Origin: Bacteriovoracaceae bacterium
GTDB lineage: Bacteria; Bdellovibrionota; Bacteriovoracia; Bacteriovoracales; Bacteriovoracaceae
Assembly (NCBI GenBank): GCA_018060635.1
Contig: JAGOVR010000001.1
Location: forward strand, 1 to 37,050
Reading direction: 5' to 3'
Length of the DNA stretch: 37,050 bases
Shown here piece after piece: positions 26,485 to 35,711 of the stretch (position 1 is its first letter; the number at the start of each line of letters is the position of its first letter). The position numbers and the translations under genes are program-made. The notes beneath the pieces were generated by a model. That model made no database searches, was not told the DNA's origin, and was given only the letters and a program-made list of their open reading frames with translations.

Positions 26485-28014
26485 ATGAAGAAAACCATTC
26501 TGTCTCTATTGCTATTTGGAACATCTGCCCTTTTACATTCACAGAGTATTAATTGGGGAAAAACCTACGGTGGTAGCCAAAATGAAAGTCATGCTTTCAT
26601 CCAACCTACCTCCGATGGTGGATACATCATGAGTAGTGATTCAAACTCTAATGATGGAGATGTTTCGGGACATCATGGTAACGGAGACTTCTGGATTATT
26701 AAAATTGACGCTCAAGGAAATTTACAATGGCAGAAAAGTTACGGTGGAAGCCAAATTGAGTCGGCCAGATCTATCCAACCAACTACTGATGGCGGATATA
26801 TCGTCGTAGGCTTGACTCTCTCTAATGACGGGGATGTTTCGAATAATCATGGCGATGAAGACGGCTGGATTATTAAGATTGATGCTCAAGGAAACTTACA
26901 GTGGCAGAAAACCTATGGGGGAAGTTTAGCTGATCGTTTCCATACCATTCAAGCAACTGCTGGCGGGTATATTGTCGCTGGCTATTCCAGTTCTAACGAT
27001 GGAGATGTTGTTTCCCTTAATCATGGTAATGGTGATTTATGGGTAGTTAAAATTGATTTGCAAGGAAGTATTATTTGGGAAAAAAACTATGGTGGAACTG
27101 GAGATGAGTGGGCCAAATCAATTCAACCAACCACTAGTGGATATGTTATAGGGGGATATACTAATTCTAATGATGGAGATGTTACAGGTCATCATGGCAA
27201 TGGAGACTTCTGGGTTATGCACATTGATTCACAAGGAAACTTGCAATGGCAGAAAACCTATGGGGGAAGTCTGGATGAATTATTTAGCACCATCCAGAAA
27301 ACGACGGACGGTGGATATGTGATGACTGGGTATACCACTTCTAATGACGGAGATATTACAAACCACCAAGGACTTCGAGATTTCTGGGTTGTTAAAGTTG
27401 ATAACCAAGGAAACTTGCAGTGGCAAAAAACCTATGGAGGAAATAAAGATGATTGGCCTTATTCCGTTCAACAAACTACTGATGGCGGATACATTGTAGC
27501 TGGACTCTCTAATTCAAATCAAGGTGATGTTACAGATAACCTCGGCGGTTATGATTTTTGGCTTATTAAAATAGATGTTCAAGGAAACTTGCAATGGCAA
27601 AAAACCTATGGAGGAAGTAACCAAGAAGGTGCTGAAGCTATACAAGAAACTCCTGATGGCGGATACATTGTCATTGGTTCTACCCTTTCAAGTGATGGCG
27701 ATGTTACAAATAATTATGGAGGTTCTGATCTTTGGGTACTAAAACTGGATTCTGCAGTTAATAATGAGGAGTTACCCTCTATAAAATCTCTCATATCACC
27801 CAACCCTAACAATGGATTTTTCTTTATCCAATTACCACAACCTCCAATGGGACCAGTGACTTTTTTTATTTATGATTTGACAGGAAAAATTATGACCCAA
27901 ATAGAAAGTGCTTCTGGTCAAAATAAAATTTTGGTTGATGTAAAACTTCCTTCGGGAATTTATTTTGTGGAAGATTCTCAAAAGCAATGGAAGTCTAACA
28001 TTATTATTCATTAA
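26485..28014 (+). CDS. secreted seven-repeat (beta-propeller-like) protein with a T9SS type-A C-terminal sorting domain
   Basis: The ATG at 26485 follows AAGGAG, with signal peptide MKKTILSLLLFGTSALLHSQ. There are 7 repeats of 57-58 aa. The C-terminus ISPNPNNGFFFIQL...FFIYDLTGKIM...LPSGIYFV fits the Por/T9SS CTD pattern. Confidence 0.85.
   Translation: MKKTILSLLLFGTSALLHSQSINWGKTYGGSQNESHAFIQPTSDGGYIMSSDSNSNDGDVSGHHGNGDFWIIKIDAQGNLQWQKSYGGSQIESARSIQPTTDGGYIVVGLTLSNDGDVSNNHGDEDGWIIKIDAQGNLQWQKTYGGSLADRFHTIQATAGGYIVAGYSSSNDGDVVSLNHGNGDLWVVKIDLQGSIIWEKNYGGTGDEWAKSIQPTTSGYVIGGYTNSNDGDVTGHHGNGDFWVMHIDSQGNLQWQKTYGGSLDELFSTIQKTTDGGYVMTGYTTSNDGDITNHQGLRDFWVVKVDNQGNLQWQKTYGGNKDDWPYSVQQTTDGGYIVAGLSNSNQGDVTDNLGGYDFWLIKIDVQGNLQWQKTYGGSNQEGAEAIQETPDGGYIVIGSTLSSDGDVTNNYGGSDLWVLKLDSAVNNEELPSIKSLISPNPNNGFFFIQLPQPPMGPVTFFIYDLTGKIMTQIESASGQNKILVDVKLPSGIYFVEDSQKQWKSNIIIH
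26554..27753 (+). repeat. seven tandem ~174-bp coding repeats (WQKTYGGS...IQ.T.DGGYIV.G.T.SNDGDV...G..DFW.IKID.QGNLQ)
   Basis: Repeat boundaries counted on the protein: residues 36-93, 94-151, 152-209, 210-266, 267-324, 325-382 and 383-435 of track ORF 26449. Confidence 0.9.
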
Positions 28015-28031
28015 ATGATAAAATTCGACGT

Positions 28032-29270
28032 TTAGTTCGAACTTACATTAGCTAATCTTAAATGATCTTGTTCCTGCTCATAAATATTTTTGTTTTTAAG
28101 AGCATCCTTATTATGTGGATCAAGTTTTATGGATTGATTGCAATCTTCTATGGCCTTAACAATATTTCCTAACTTGAAATAAGCAAAACTTCTGTTGTTG
28201 TAAGGATAGGCATTTTGAGGAACTAATTCTATGGATCGACTGTAGTCATATATGGCATCAAAATAACGCCCTTGTTGAGCATAAACATATCCTCTATTAT
28301 TAAACGCAAATGCCACTAATTTAGGATTACTCGAAAAAGCTCTCTGTATAACTTCAGAATAATTTAATAAAGCACTCTCCCACTGCTTTTGCTCTAAAAA
28401 AAGATTTCCTCTATTCATATAGTACGTTGCATCATTGGAATCAAGGGCTATGGCATTATTGAAGTCCCTTAAAGCATCAATGTCTCTGCCTGATATTAAA
28501 TACGAAAGTCCTCTATTTCCATGGGCATCTGCATGATGAGAATTGATCTTTAATGCCTGTGAATAATCAGCAATAGCTAATTCATGTTTTTGTAAAAAAC
28601 AAAAGATATTACCTCTCATATTATAAATATGAGACAAAATATTTTTGATATCAAATTTTTCTTGATACATTTCTTTATATTCGGTAGGGCCTATTTCGTA
28701 AGCAGAACCAATTCTTGTGGTTTCCCAATTTAAAAAACTACCATCAAGAAAAGTCCAACGAATAAAAGCGTGGTGAGAAACCATAATCATGCTTAAAGGC
28801 ATATAACTATTATCAATTCCCAGATAATTTAAAATGTACGAACCTATTTCAATATAAAGCATTGAAAGAAGATCACAATCCATACCCAAAGTTTTAGCAT
28901 TTTGAAGAAAATCATGAGATTCAATAAATGTAATTCCACTATTTGCTATTGCCTTGTCCACTTTATGCAGAAAAAAAAGGGCCACATCCTTGGCTTCTTT
29001 TTTTTCTAATGATTTTAAAATAAGAGCTTGCGCATTTTTATTTCCCCTGATGGCCGAACTTATTAACTCCCTTCTCTCTCCATGCAAAAGACCTAATTCT
29101 AAAATGGCCTTCTTTTTAACCATATCAATAGTTGTCACTAAATTTTTAGGTATAACTAATCCTGCTTCTTTGGCCAAGAGAAGATATTTAGAAACTGGAG
29201 AAGGCGTTACAATATTCTGAGCTTGTACATTAATAGAGAGAAAAAAAGAAATTAAAAAAAAAATCTTCAT
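28032..29270 (-). CDS. secreted protein with a transglutaminase-like (SirB1/Transglut_core2-like) N-terminal half and C-terminal TPR repeats
   Basis: Signal peptide MKIFFLISFFLSINVQAQ. GMDCDLLSMLYIEIGS...MVSHHAFIRWTF...LNWETT resembles a Cys/His core. At least 5 TPR-like units follow (YSQALKINSHHADAHGNRG, FNNAIALDSNDATYYMNRG and others). Confidence 0.6.
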   Translation of the reverse strand: MKIFFLISFFLSINVQAQNIVTPSPVSKYLLLAKEAGLVIPKNLVTTIDMVKKKAILELGLLHGERRELISSAIRGNKNAQALILKSLEKKEAKDVALFFLHKVDKAIANSGITFIESHDFLQNAKTLGMDCDLLSMLYIEIGSYILNYLGIDNSYMPLSMIMVSHHAFIRWTFLDGSFLNWETTRIGSAYEIGPTEYKEMYQEKFDIKNILSHIYNMRGNIFCFLQKHELAIADYSQALKINSHHADAHGNRGLSYLISGRDIDALRDFNNAIALDSNDATYYMNRGNLFLEQKQWESALLNYSEVIQRAFSSNPKLVAFAFNNRGYVYAQQGRYFDAIYDYSRSIELVPQNAYPYNNRSFAYFKLGNIVKAIEDCNQSIKLDPHNKDALKNKNIYEQEQDHLRLANVSSN

Positions 29271-29545
29271 ATAGATACGACCACTTTTAAATAAGCCTAA
29301 AATAACTAGAGGATTCTAGCAAAAAAAAAGCGTACGTCTATAATTAGATATCTCATTCTAAAACAGGAATTCAAAGAGTTAGCGACTTAAAATCTCTTAT
29401 GAAGATTTATTCTCTCTATGAAACTAAGTATTATGATTTTTCAAAAGCTTTCTCTTGCGAGCAATCCTTTTCAACTTTACACGGCTTTTTTTATTTTTAC
29501 GGGGCTTCTTAGGTGTATGAGACTTTTTCAATTTTTTCTTTGCCA

Positions 29546-29574
29546 TAAACAATCCTTAAAAAATTAAGTATAAT
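29546..29574 (+). promoter_or_regulatory. candidate promoter TAAACA-17 nt-TATAAT placed for a leaderless transcript of the next gene
   Basis: The -10 at 29569-29574 ends 7 nt before the A of the ATG at 29582. No SD is present. Confidence 0.3.
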
Positions 29575-29581
29575 ATTTTTT

Positions 29582-30379
29582 ATGTTACTGTTAAATGCTC
29601 TTAAAAGACAACTTCTTTCCTCTCTTTTCCTAGGGATATCTTTGTGTGCCCAGTCCCAAGAATTTGCAGGCTGTCCTGAGGATTCCTTGTGCACTAAAGA
29701 AAGTGGGCAACAAAGAAGCGAGTGGACTCAATTCTTTAAAAATCACAAACAATCCAACAACAAAGTCCCTTTTTTAAAAAATTTACACCGTAAAACGGGT
29801 CTTCCTGTCCCTACTTGGTGGCGTAGCAAAAAAACATCTCTCCTAAAATCTCCTCACAGTATCCTATGGGATTCTCCTTGCTCCTACCATCATCAAGCAA
29901 GTAATCCTTATAAGTTTTTCATTGCTGAGACTTTTATAAAAAATACTCATGGAGAGAAAGTGACACTTGTCACAGCAGGGAAAACGCACTCAATTGCTTT
30001 AGGTGAAGAGCTCATGCTAGACCCCCTTTATATTTGGCATAATTCTCATACGCCCACTCTTTATTATGTTCCAAGACAAGAACTCCCTCTTTATTTGCAG
30101 GGAAGAGAAATTTTTTTAATTCTTGATTTTGAAGAAAATTATTATGGACTTAAAATTTCCTCCTCTGGAGAATGGGAAGTGGCCGCTCTTGATACTTCTT
30201 CCTCTTTTTATAACGAACATCCTCGCAAAGAAGTTCCTTGCCCTGAAAAAAGTAAAACTTTTCTCAAAGATAAGATTAAAAATTATTTGAAATTTTATCA
30301 AAGCACCGTTTGCTATGAAATATGGGACAAACAAAAAAAAGAAAAAGTTTTAGTCCAATCATTTGAAGCTTGTCGCTAA
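29582..30379 (+). CDS. secreted hypothetical protein
   Basis: Signal peptide MLLLNALKRQLLSSLFLGISLCAQS. 265 aa, several Cys, no recognised domain. Confidence 0.55.
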   Translation: MLLLNALKRQLLSSLFLGISLCAQSQEFAGCPEDSLCTKESGQQRSEWTQFFKNHKQSNNKVPFLKNLHRKTGLPVPTWWRSKKTSLLKSPHSILWDSPCSYHHQASNPYKFFIAETFIKNTHGEKVTLVTAGKTHSIALGEELMLDPLYIWHNSHTPTLYYVPRQELPLYLQGREIFLILDFEENYYGLKISSSGEWEVAALDTSSSFYNEHPRKEVPCPEKSKTFLKDKIKNYLKFYQSTVCYEIWDKQKKEKVLVQSFEACR

Positions 30380-30380
30380 G

Positions 30381-31313
30381 CTAATATATATTTAAAACAT
30401 CCATAAGTGTTCTCTCCACCTCTTTAGGTCTGGAAGGATCGCAGGCCCGCGTACGGTTTATGCGTAAAGGAATCCCTCGCATTTCAAGGCCTGGCCCCAC
30501 ATCAGAAGTTTTAGTTTCAATTGTTACAAGTTCACCTAACCCTGCACTTATTAACTTAATACAATCTTCTTGAGAAGGAATCGTTGTCGGATCTGCAACA
30601 TTCGGACAACTGTAAGTTGTCGTGACTTGTTGATCTGTAGAATGCACCACTACTTGTAATGTTTCTATAATACGATAATAGTTGGAATCATCTTCCTTCG
30701 CTCCTAAACTCACATTCACACAAAGGTAATGACCTCCATCACCTATCCCGCAATCAGCATCCTTAGCAAAATCATAAAAATAAGTTTTTCCTGAAAAAGC
30801 GGAAGGTCTAAAATTATCTAAATAAAAGCTTCCATCATAATCACTTACACTCGCACATAAATTTGCAATATTAGGATCACTAGCATCCATCACGTCATAA
30901 ATAGCACGATTACTCACACCTTCAACTTTGGTATATTTCAAATTACTTAATCCCTCTTTACTAATATTCATACCAAAGCTTTCTTCAATATCATTATCAC
31001 TTAAACAAGATCTGTAATTTAATTCAAAATCATAAAGAGCTGATCTATAAGAAGTATAATTCCCATCACTTTTTTTCACGTTACTATTATTGTCATGAGC
31101 TGTTTTAGATAAATTAAGATAACGACAAAAACGTTCTGCAATCAAACCATCATCAATACTTAATACCCCACCTTCTTGCGTAAGGTCACCGATAGCGGGA
31201 GCTATTGAAGTACTTCCCCCTCCTCCCCCTTTCTTGTCATTTTTTATATCTTTGCAAGCCATTGTTAAAAAAAATGCTATAAAGATAATTGGTTTAATTA
31301 TTTGAAATTTCAT
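30381..31313 (-). CDS. Cys-containing lipoprotein, paralog A
   Basis: AGGAG upstream, lipobox LTMAC, and a Gly-rich linker. The core is near-identical to paralog B. Confidence 0.7.
   Translation of the reverse strand: MKFQIIKPIIFIAFFLTMACKDIKNDKKGGGGGSTSIAPAIGDLTQEGGVLSIDDGLIAERFCRYLNLSKTAHDNNSNVKKSDGNYTSYRSALYDFELNYRSCLSDNDIEESFGMNISKEGLSNLKYTKVEGVSNRAIYDVMDASDPNIANLCASVSDYDGSFYLDNFRPSAFSGKTYFYDFAKDADCGIGDGGHYLCVNVSLGAKEDDSNYYRIIETLQVVVHSTDQQVTTTYSCPNVADPTTIPSQEDCIKLISAGLGELVTIETKTSDVGPGLEMRGIPLRINRTRACDPSRPKEVERTLMDVLNIY
30629..31196 (-). repeat. 568-bp near-identical segment, copy A
   Basis: My base-by-base comparison with 31692-32259 found 8 mismatches, no indels and a constant offset of 1063 bp. 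Confidence 0.9.
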
Positions 31314-31464
31314 TACTATCTCCTACCATATTTATCGGATTAAAAGAGTAGATGATTATAGCAATAATGATAAAAAAGAATTAAAAATTAAAAAAAAGAA
31401 CAAAATTTTAATGTGTTATGTAGGACTGTGACTTAAATCCCCTGCCACAAAGGAAAGGCTACAA

Positions 31465-32382
31465 TTAATAAATACCTAAAACATCCATAAGGGTCGTTTC
31501 AACCTCGTTGTCATCATTTGCAGAGCAAGCACGTTCTCGATTAATTCTGACAGGAATCCCGCGCATTTCTAAGCCAGGAGCGATATCAGTGGCCTCTATT
31601 GTCGTTGTGAAACCACGAATAGCAACACAGGCAGGCCCTGACATAGGGTTTCCACTGATAGGATCAATACATGAATAAGTCGTAAGAATTCGTTGATCTG
31701 TAGAATGCACCACTACTTGTAATGTTTCTATAATACGATAATAGTTGGAATCATCTTCCTTCGCTCCTAAACTCACATTCACGCAAAGATAATGACCTCC
31801 ATCACCTATCCCGCAATCAGCATCCTTAGCAAAATCATAAAAATAAGTTTTTCCTGAAAAAGCGGAAGGTCTAAAATTATCTAAGTAAAAGCTTCCATCA
31901 TAATCACTTACACTCGCACATAAATTTGCAATATTAGAATCACTAGCATCCATCACATCATAAATAGCACGGTTACTCACACCTTCAACTTTGGTATATT
32001 TCAAATTACTTAAACCCTCTTTACTAATATTCATACCAAAGCTTTCTTCAATATCATTATCACTTAAACAAGATCTGTAATTTAATTCAAAATCATAAAG
32101 AGCTGATCTATAAGAAGTATAATTCCCATCACTTTTTTTCACGTTACTATTATTGTCATGAGCTGTTTTAGATAAATTTAGATAACGACAAAAACGTTCT
32201 GCAATCAAACCATCATCAATACTTAATACCCCACCTTCTTGCGTAAGGTCACCGATAGCAAGACCTCCCATGGAAGCTTCTGCCCCTGCTCCTTTTTTAC
32301 CGTTTTTTATATCCTTACAACTCCATAAGTTAACTAAAGTTAAACTTAAGAAAACAAAGAGAGCTGTATGTCGACATTTCAT
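31465..32382 (-). CDS. Cys-containing lipoprotein, paralog B
   Basis: I prefer the ATG at 32382 (MKCRHTALFVFLSLTLVNLWSC, lipobox LWSC) over the track start at 32415. Confidence 0.7.
   Translation of the reverse strand: MKCRHTALFVFLSLTLVNLWSCKDIKNGKKGAGAEASMGGLAIGDLTQEGGVLSIDDGLIAERFCRYLNLSKTAHDNNSNVKKSDGNYTSYRSALYDFELNYRSCLSDNDIEESFGMNISKEGLSNLKYTKVEGVSNRAIYDVMDASDSNIANLCASVSDYDGSFYLDNFRPSAFSGKTYFYDFAKDADCGIGDGGHYLCVNVSLGAKEDDSNYYRIIETLQVVVHSTDQRILTTYSCIDPISGNPMSGPACVAIRGFTTTIEATDIAPGLEMRGIPVRINRERACSANDDNEVETTLMDVLGIY
31692..32259 (-). repeat. 568-bp near-identical segment, copy B
   Basis: See copy A. Confidence 0.9.
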
Positions 32383-32576
32383 TTTAACCCCCAAACCACA
32401 AGTCCATAAATCCATAAGAATTTCTCCTTATGAACCACTTATCGTTAATTTTAGTTTATTATATGAAATAAAAATAATTCTTCTCGGGTATTCCCCCTAG
32501 TAAAAACCCTACTCTTCTCATAATATGAATACTTACAATGAGTTAGAGCTTATTTTTAACTCTTCTAAGGATTGCC

Positions 32577-32996
32577 ATGAACTATTGGCTGGTAAAGTCA
32601 GAACCTACTGTTTTTTCATTTGAAGACCTTAAAAAGGCCCCTCAGCAAAAAACCAGTTGGGACGGCGTTCGTAATTATCAGGCCAGAAATTTTTTGAGAG
32701 ATGACCTTAAAAAAGGTGATCTGGTTCTTTTTTATCACTCTAATTGTGATGCCATTGGGATTGCAGGAGTGGCTGAAGTTATCAAAGAAGGTTATCCCGA
32801 AAAAACAGATTCAACTTGGTATAGTGTGGATATAAAGTGGAAAAAAGACTTTCACCATTTTTTAACTCTTAAAGAACTTAAAACAATCCCTGAACTTAAA
32901 GAGATGAAACTGTTACAAAAAGGACAACGCCTTTCCGTTCAACCTGTAAGCAAGCAAGAATTTGAAATTATTTATCAAAAAGGATTTAAAACATAG
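32577..32996 (+). CDS. EVE-domain protein (PUA-like, thymocyte nuclear protein 1-like)
   Basis: MNYWLVKSEP..FSFEDL...WDGVRNYQARNFLRDDLKKGDLVLFYHSN is the canonical EVE N-terminus. Confidence 0.85.
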   Translation: MNYWLVKSEPTVFSFEDLKKAPQQKTSWDGVRNYQARNFLRDDLKKGDLVLFYHSNCDAIGIAGVAEVIKEGYPEKTDSTWYSVDIKWKKDFHHFLTLKELKTIPELKEMKLLQKGQRLSVQPVSKQEFEIIYQKGFKT

Positions 32997-34072
32997 AGAT
33001 GGTGACGATTGGTATAAATGGCCAAGAGATCCTCTTCTAAAGCGAAGTCAGTGTAAACCACGGAGTCCTTTCCTCCATAAAAAAAGTGTTTTTCTTCTTT
33101 TAATGTTTGAGGATGAAGAATACGCAAAACCCCATCCGCACTCGTCACAACTAGCTTATCTTTCCATATTTTCATTCCCGTAATGGCCTTAGTGGTCATC
33201 TGCACTTTTAATTTTTCTGTCCCTTGAGGAGTTATTTGAATAATTTTACCATCCATCGTTCCTAAGAAGAGATCTCCTGCATACACCAAAGGAGCACGGT
33301 AAAGAGAGTAATTAAATTTTTGAATAATCTCTCCTGTCTGAGGATTAATAGCCGTCAACATATCAGCGGCACTACAAGCAAATAAAATATCCCCTAATAA
33401 CACAGGAGTGGTATCTACATCTATAAACTTAGTGGCCAAGGTTAGTTTTTGCTCCCATAAAAGATCACCTGTTTCTAATTTCAATGCCACGAGACTTCCA
33501 TCCGCAAACCCCACTAAAACTTTATCTTGATAAATAGTTGGGTGAGAAATTTTATGTAACGTTGTTATGTAGGAAATAGATTTTTTATAAACCCATAAAA
33601 TTTTTAAAGCCTTAAGATCAACAGAAACAACACTATGATTTTTTAAATGAATAAAAAGCCTTCCATCCCAAAGAGTTCCTGCCTCTTGGGCCGACCCACC
33701 TAACTCAATAGTTTGCTCTAGCTTTCCACTCAAAGCATTACGAATAATGAGCTCTCCTTTTTGATTCACATAGAGAACTTTGTCCTCCCAAATAGTAGCC
33801 CCAGCTGTCACAGGATAATCTTCTTGAACTTGCCACAATATACGCCCTGTCTTCACGTCTTGTGCTGTAAAAACTTTTTGCGGAGTTGCAAGATATAAAA
33901 TATTTTGAAAAATAAAAGGTTCCGCCATTCCAATGCCACGATTCCCACTACTAAAAGCAGGCTCAAAATTTTTACTCCATTTTACCTTAAGAGAAGATGA
34001 GGCTCTCTCTAATGGCGTAAAAGCACAGGAGAAAAAAAGAAAACAGCATAAGAAAAAAGAAATAAAACTCAT
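32975..34072 (-). CDS. bamB: outer-membrane assembly lipoprotein BamB-like (PQQ-type beta-propeller)
   Basis: Lipobox FFSCA, with repeated ...TG..LW... blades (DVKTGRILWQV, ALKILWVY, LETGDLLWEQ, PQTGEIIQ). There is a 4-nt overlap with the upstream yfgM-like gene. Confidence 0.8.
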   Translation of the reverse strand: MSFISFFLCCFLFFSCAFTPLERASSSLKVKWSKNFEPAFSSGNRGIGMAEPFIFQNILYLATPQKVFTAQDVKTGRILWQVQEDYPVTAGATIWEDKVLYVNQKGELIIRNALSGKLEQTIELGGSAQEAGTLWDGRLFIHLKNHSVVSVDLKALKILWVYKKSISYITTLHKISHPTIYQDKVLVGFADGSLVALKLETGDLLWEQKLTLATKFIDVDTTPVLLGDILFACSAADMLTAINPQTGEIIQKFNYSLYRAPLVYAGDLFLGTMDGKIIQITPQGTEKLKVQMTTKAITGMKIWKDKLVVTSADGVLRILHPQTLKEEKHFFYGGKDSVVYTDFALEEDLLAIYTNRHHLYVLNPF

Positions 34073-34725
34073 GGCAGATCATCTAAAAAAAGGCGAGCGA
34101 CTTTAGCAAATTCACTACTAGGGTAACTGGCAATAACCTGTTCATATTCTTTTTTAGCTTCTGCTATTTTCCCCAGCTTTTGATACATCCGTCCCTTATC
34201 TAAAAAAACCTTATCCATTAAAGGAGATTCCTTTCCTTTAAGCGTACTTAAACTTTCCAAAGACTTCTGCCACTCTCCAGCATCTTCATACAAAGCCGCA
34301 AGATTAACACTCCAAAGGAAGTGAAGCTCCCCTTTTTGAGGTTTAGGCACCATCTGCAAAAAATATAGGGAAAGAGATGATTTTCCTTCCATCTGAAAAG
34401 TCTTTATCGCCTCTAGTGAGGTAAATAAAACAGTCGAAGAGTTTTTGTTTTTTTGAACAAAATCTTCCCACTGTTTTTTTAAAGTATCTTCATCTATTTT
34501 TTTTTCTTTATAATCGTTGAGTGTCGTTTGCACAAAATCATAACTATTTTCCCAAGATTTCTCATTTTGCCTTTGCTGATATATATACCATCCCGTAAAC
34601 ACAAAACTTCCCACCAGCAAGCCTATGCCTACTTTCAGGATAAGCTTGGAATATTTATTAAAAAAATGCCCTAGTGTTGTTTTTTCTAAACTTTGTTCTA
34701 ATTGTTCTTGTGATTGTTGTTCCAT
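34069..34725 (-). CDS. YfgM-like membrane-anchored TPR-like protein
   Basis: Acidic N-terminus, a single TM segment (ILKVGIGLLVGSFVFTGWYIY), then a helical TPR-like region. It sits adjacent to bamB, as yfgM-bamB does in enterobacteria. Confidence 0.6.
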   Translation of the reverse strand: MEQQSQEQLEQSLEKTTLGHFFNKYSKLILKVGIGLLVGSFVFTGWYIYQQRQNEKSWENSYDFVQTTLNDYKEKKIDEDTLKKQWEDFVQKNKNSSTVLFTSLEAIKTFQMEGKSSLSLYFLQMVPKPQKGELHFLWSVNLAALYEDAGEWQKSLESLSTLKGKESPLMDKVFLDKGRMYQKLGKIAEAKKEYEQVIASYPSSEFAKVARLFLDDLP

Positions 34726-34899
34726 TTATTTTCCCTCGCCTCTCTTTAATAATGCATCGCTCAGTTTTTTCTTTAGATCAGAATTTTAATTTTTTACATA
34801 GGACTTGTCAAAGACAGTAAAATGCAAGCAAAACTTTTCTTCTCTCCCTAGATCTGTATAATGGTTCTGTATCATAAAAATGAATAACTTAATTTTTAT

Positions 34900-35700
34900 A
34901 TGAGGACTTTTTTGAAAAAGCTAAATTATTATATTTTGTGCCTACTTTGGATGTTTTTCTCTCTCCCTATACTGGCCCAATCTTCCTCTTTACCTGAAGA
35001 CCTTGATACCGATGCCTCTTTAGGTGACGTTTTTTCAGATTTTAATGAAGATATTGATTCTTCCAAAGTGACAGAAGATGAGCGTTACTATAAATATGGC
35101 CGCTTTTATTCTTTTAATATTGGATTGGGTTTTACTACTTTCACAGGAAATCGAGGAATTGCTTATAAAAATGACCTGCCTTCCTATACGATGTCGCTGG
35201 TTTATTTTATGGATTTTCAACGGGCCATTGTCTTAGGACTTGCCTACTCTAAGCATCATTTTAATATTGATACTTTAGTCAATGCTCATAACACGGAAGT
35301 TTTAGGAAACGTTTCTGTTAGTATGTTGCGAACCTTTTTTGGTTTCCGTTATTATATTGATACCGCCGATCTTGGAACTGCTATTACTTTTGCTAACCCT
35401 TACCTCACCACTCGTCTTGAATATTGGTACCAAGTTAATAAATTTACTGACCGCAACGATACGTTAGCTCCTGAGAAAGGAGGGGGGCTTGGACTTGGTG
35501 TGGGACTCGGACTAGAATTTCCTATTGAGATTAAGGAATCTTATATTGGAGTAGAAATGCTCTATCATATGGTTAATTTTTTCGATAAAGACACACAAAA
35601 TTACCGCCAAATTCCAGGAGACCCTAATAGCACCAATGGGTACGATAATCTTAACGGAAATGCTTGGTCTACTATGGTGACTTATAACTTAAGCTGGTAA
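34900..35700 (+). CDS. outer-membrane beta-barrel protein
   Basis: Signal peptide ending LPILAQS, alternating hydrophobic beta-strand pattern, Gly-rich turn GGGLGLGVGLGLEF, and a C-terminal aromatic residue (YNLSW). Confidence 0.6.
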   Translation: MRTFLKKLNYYILCLLWMFFSLPILAQSSSLPEDLDTDASLGDVFSDFNEDIDSSKVTEDERYYKYGRFYSFNIGLGFTTFTGNRGIAYKNDLPSYTMSLVYFMDFQRAIVLGLAYSKHHFNIDTLVNAHNTEVLGNVSVSMLRTFFGFRYYIDTADLGTAITFANPYLTTRLEYWYQVNKFTDRNDTLAPEKGGGLGLGVGLGLEFPIEIKESYIGVEMLYHMVNFFDKDTQNYRQIPGDPNSTNGYDNLNGNAWSTMVTYNLSW

Positions 35701-35711
35701 CTGAGGCAAAA

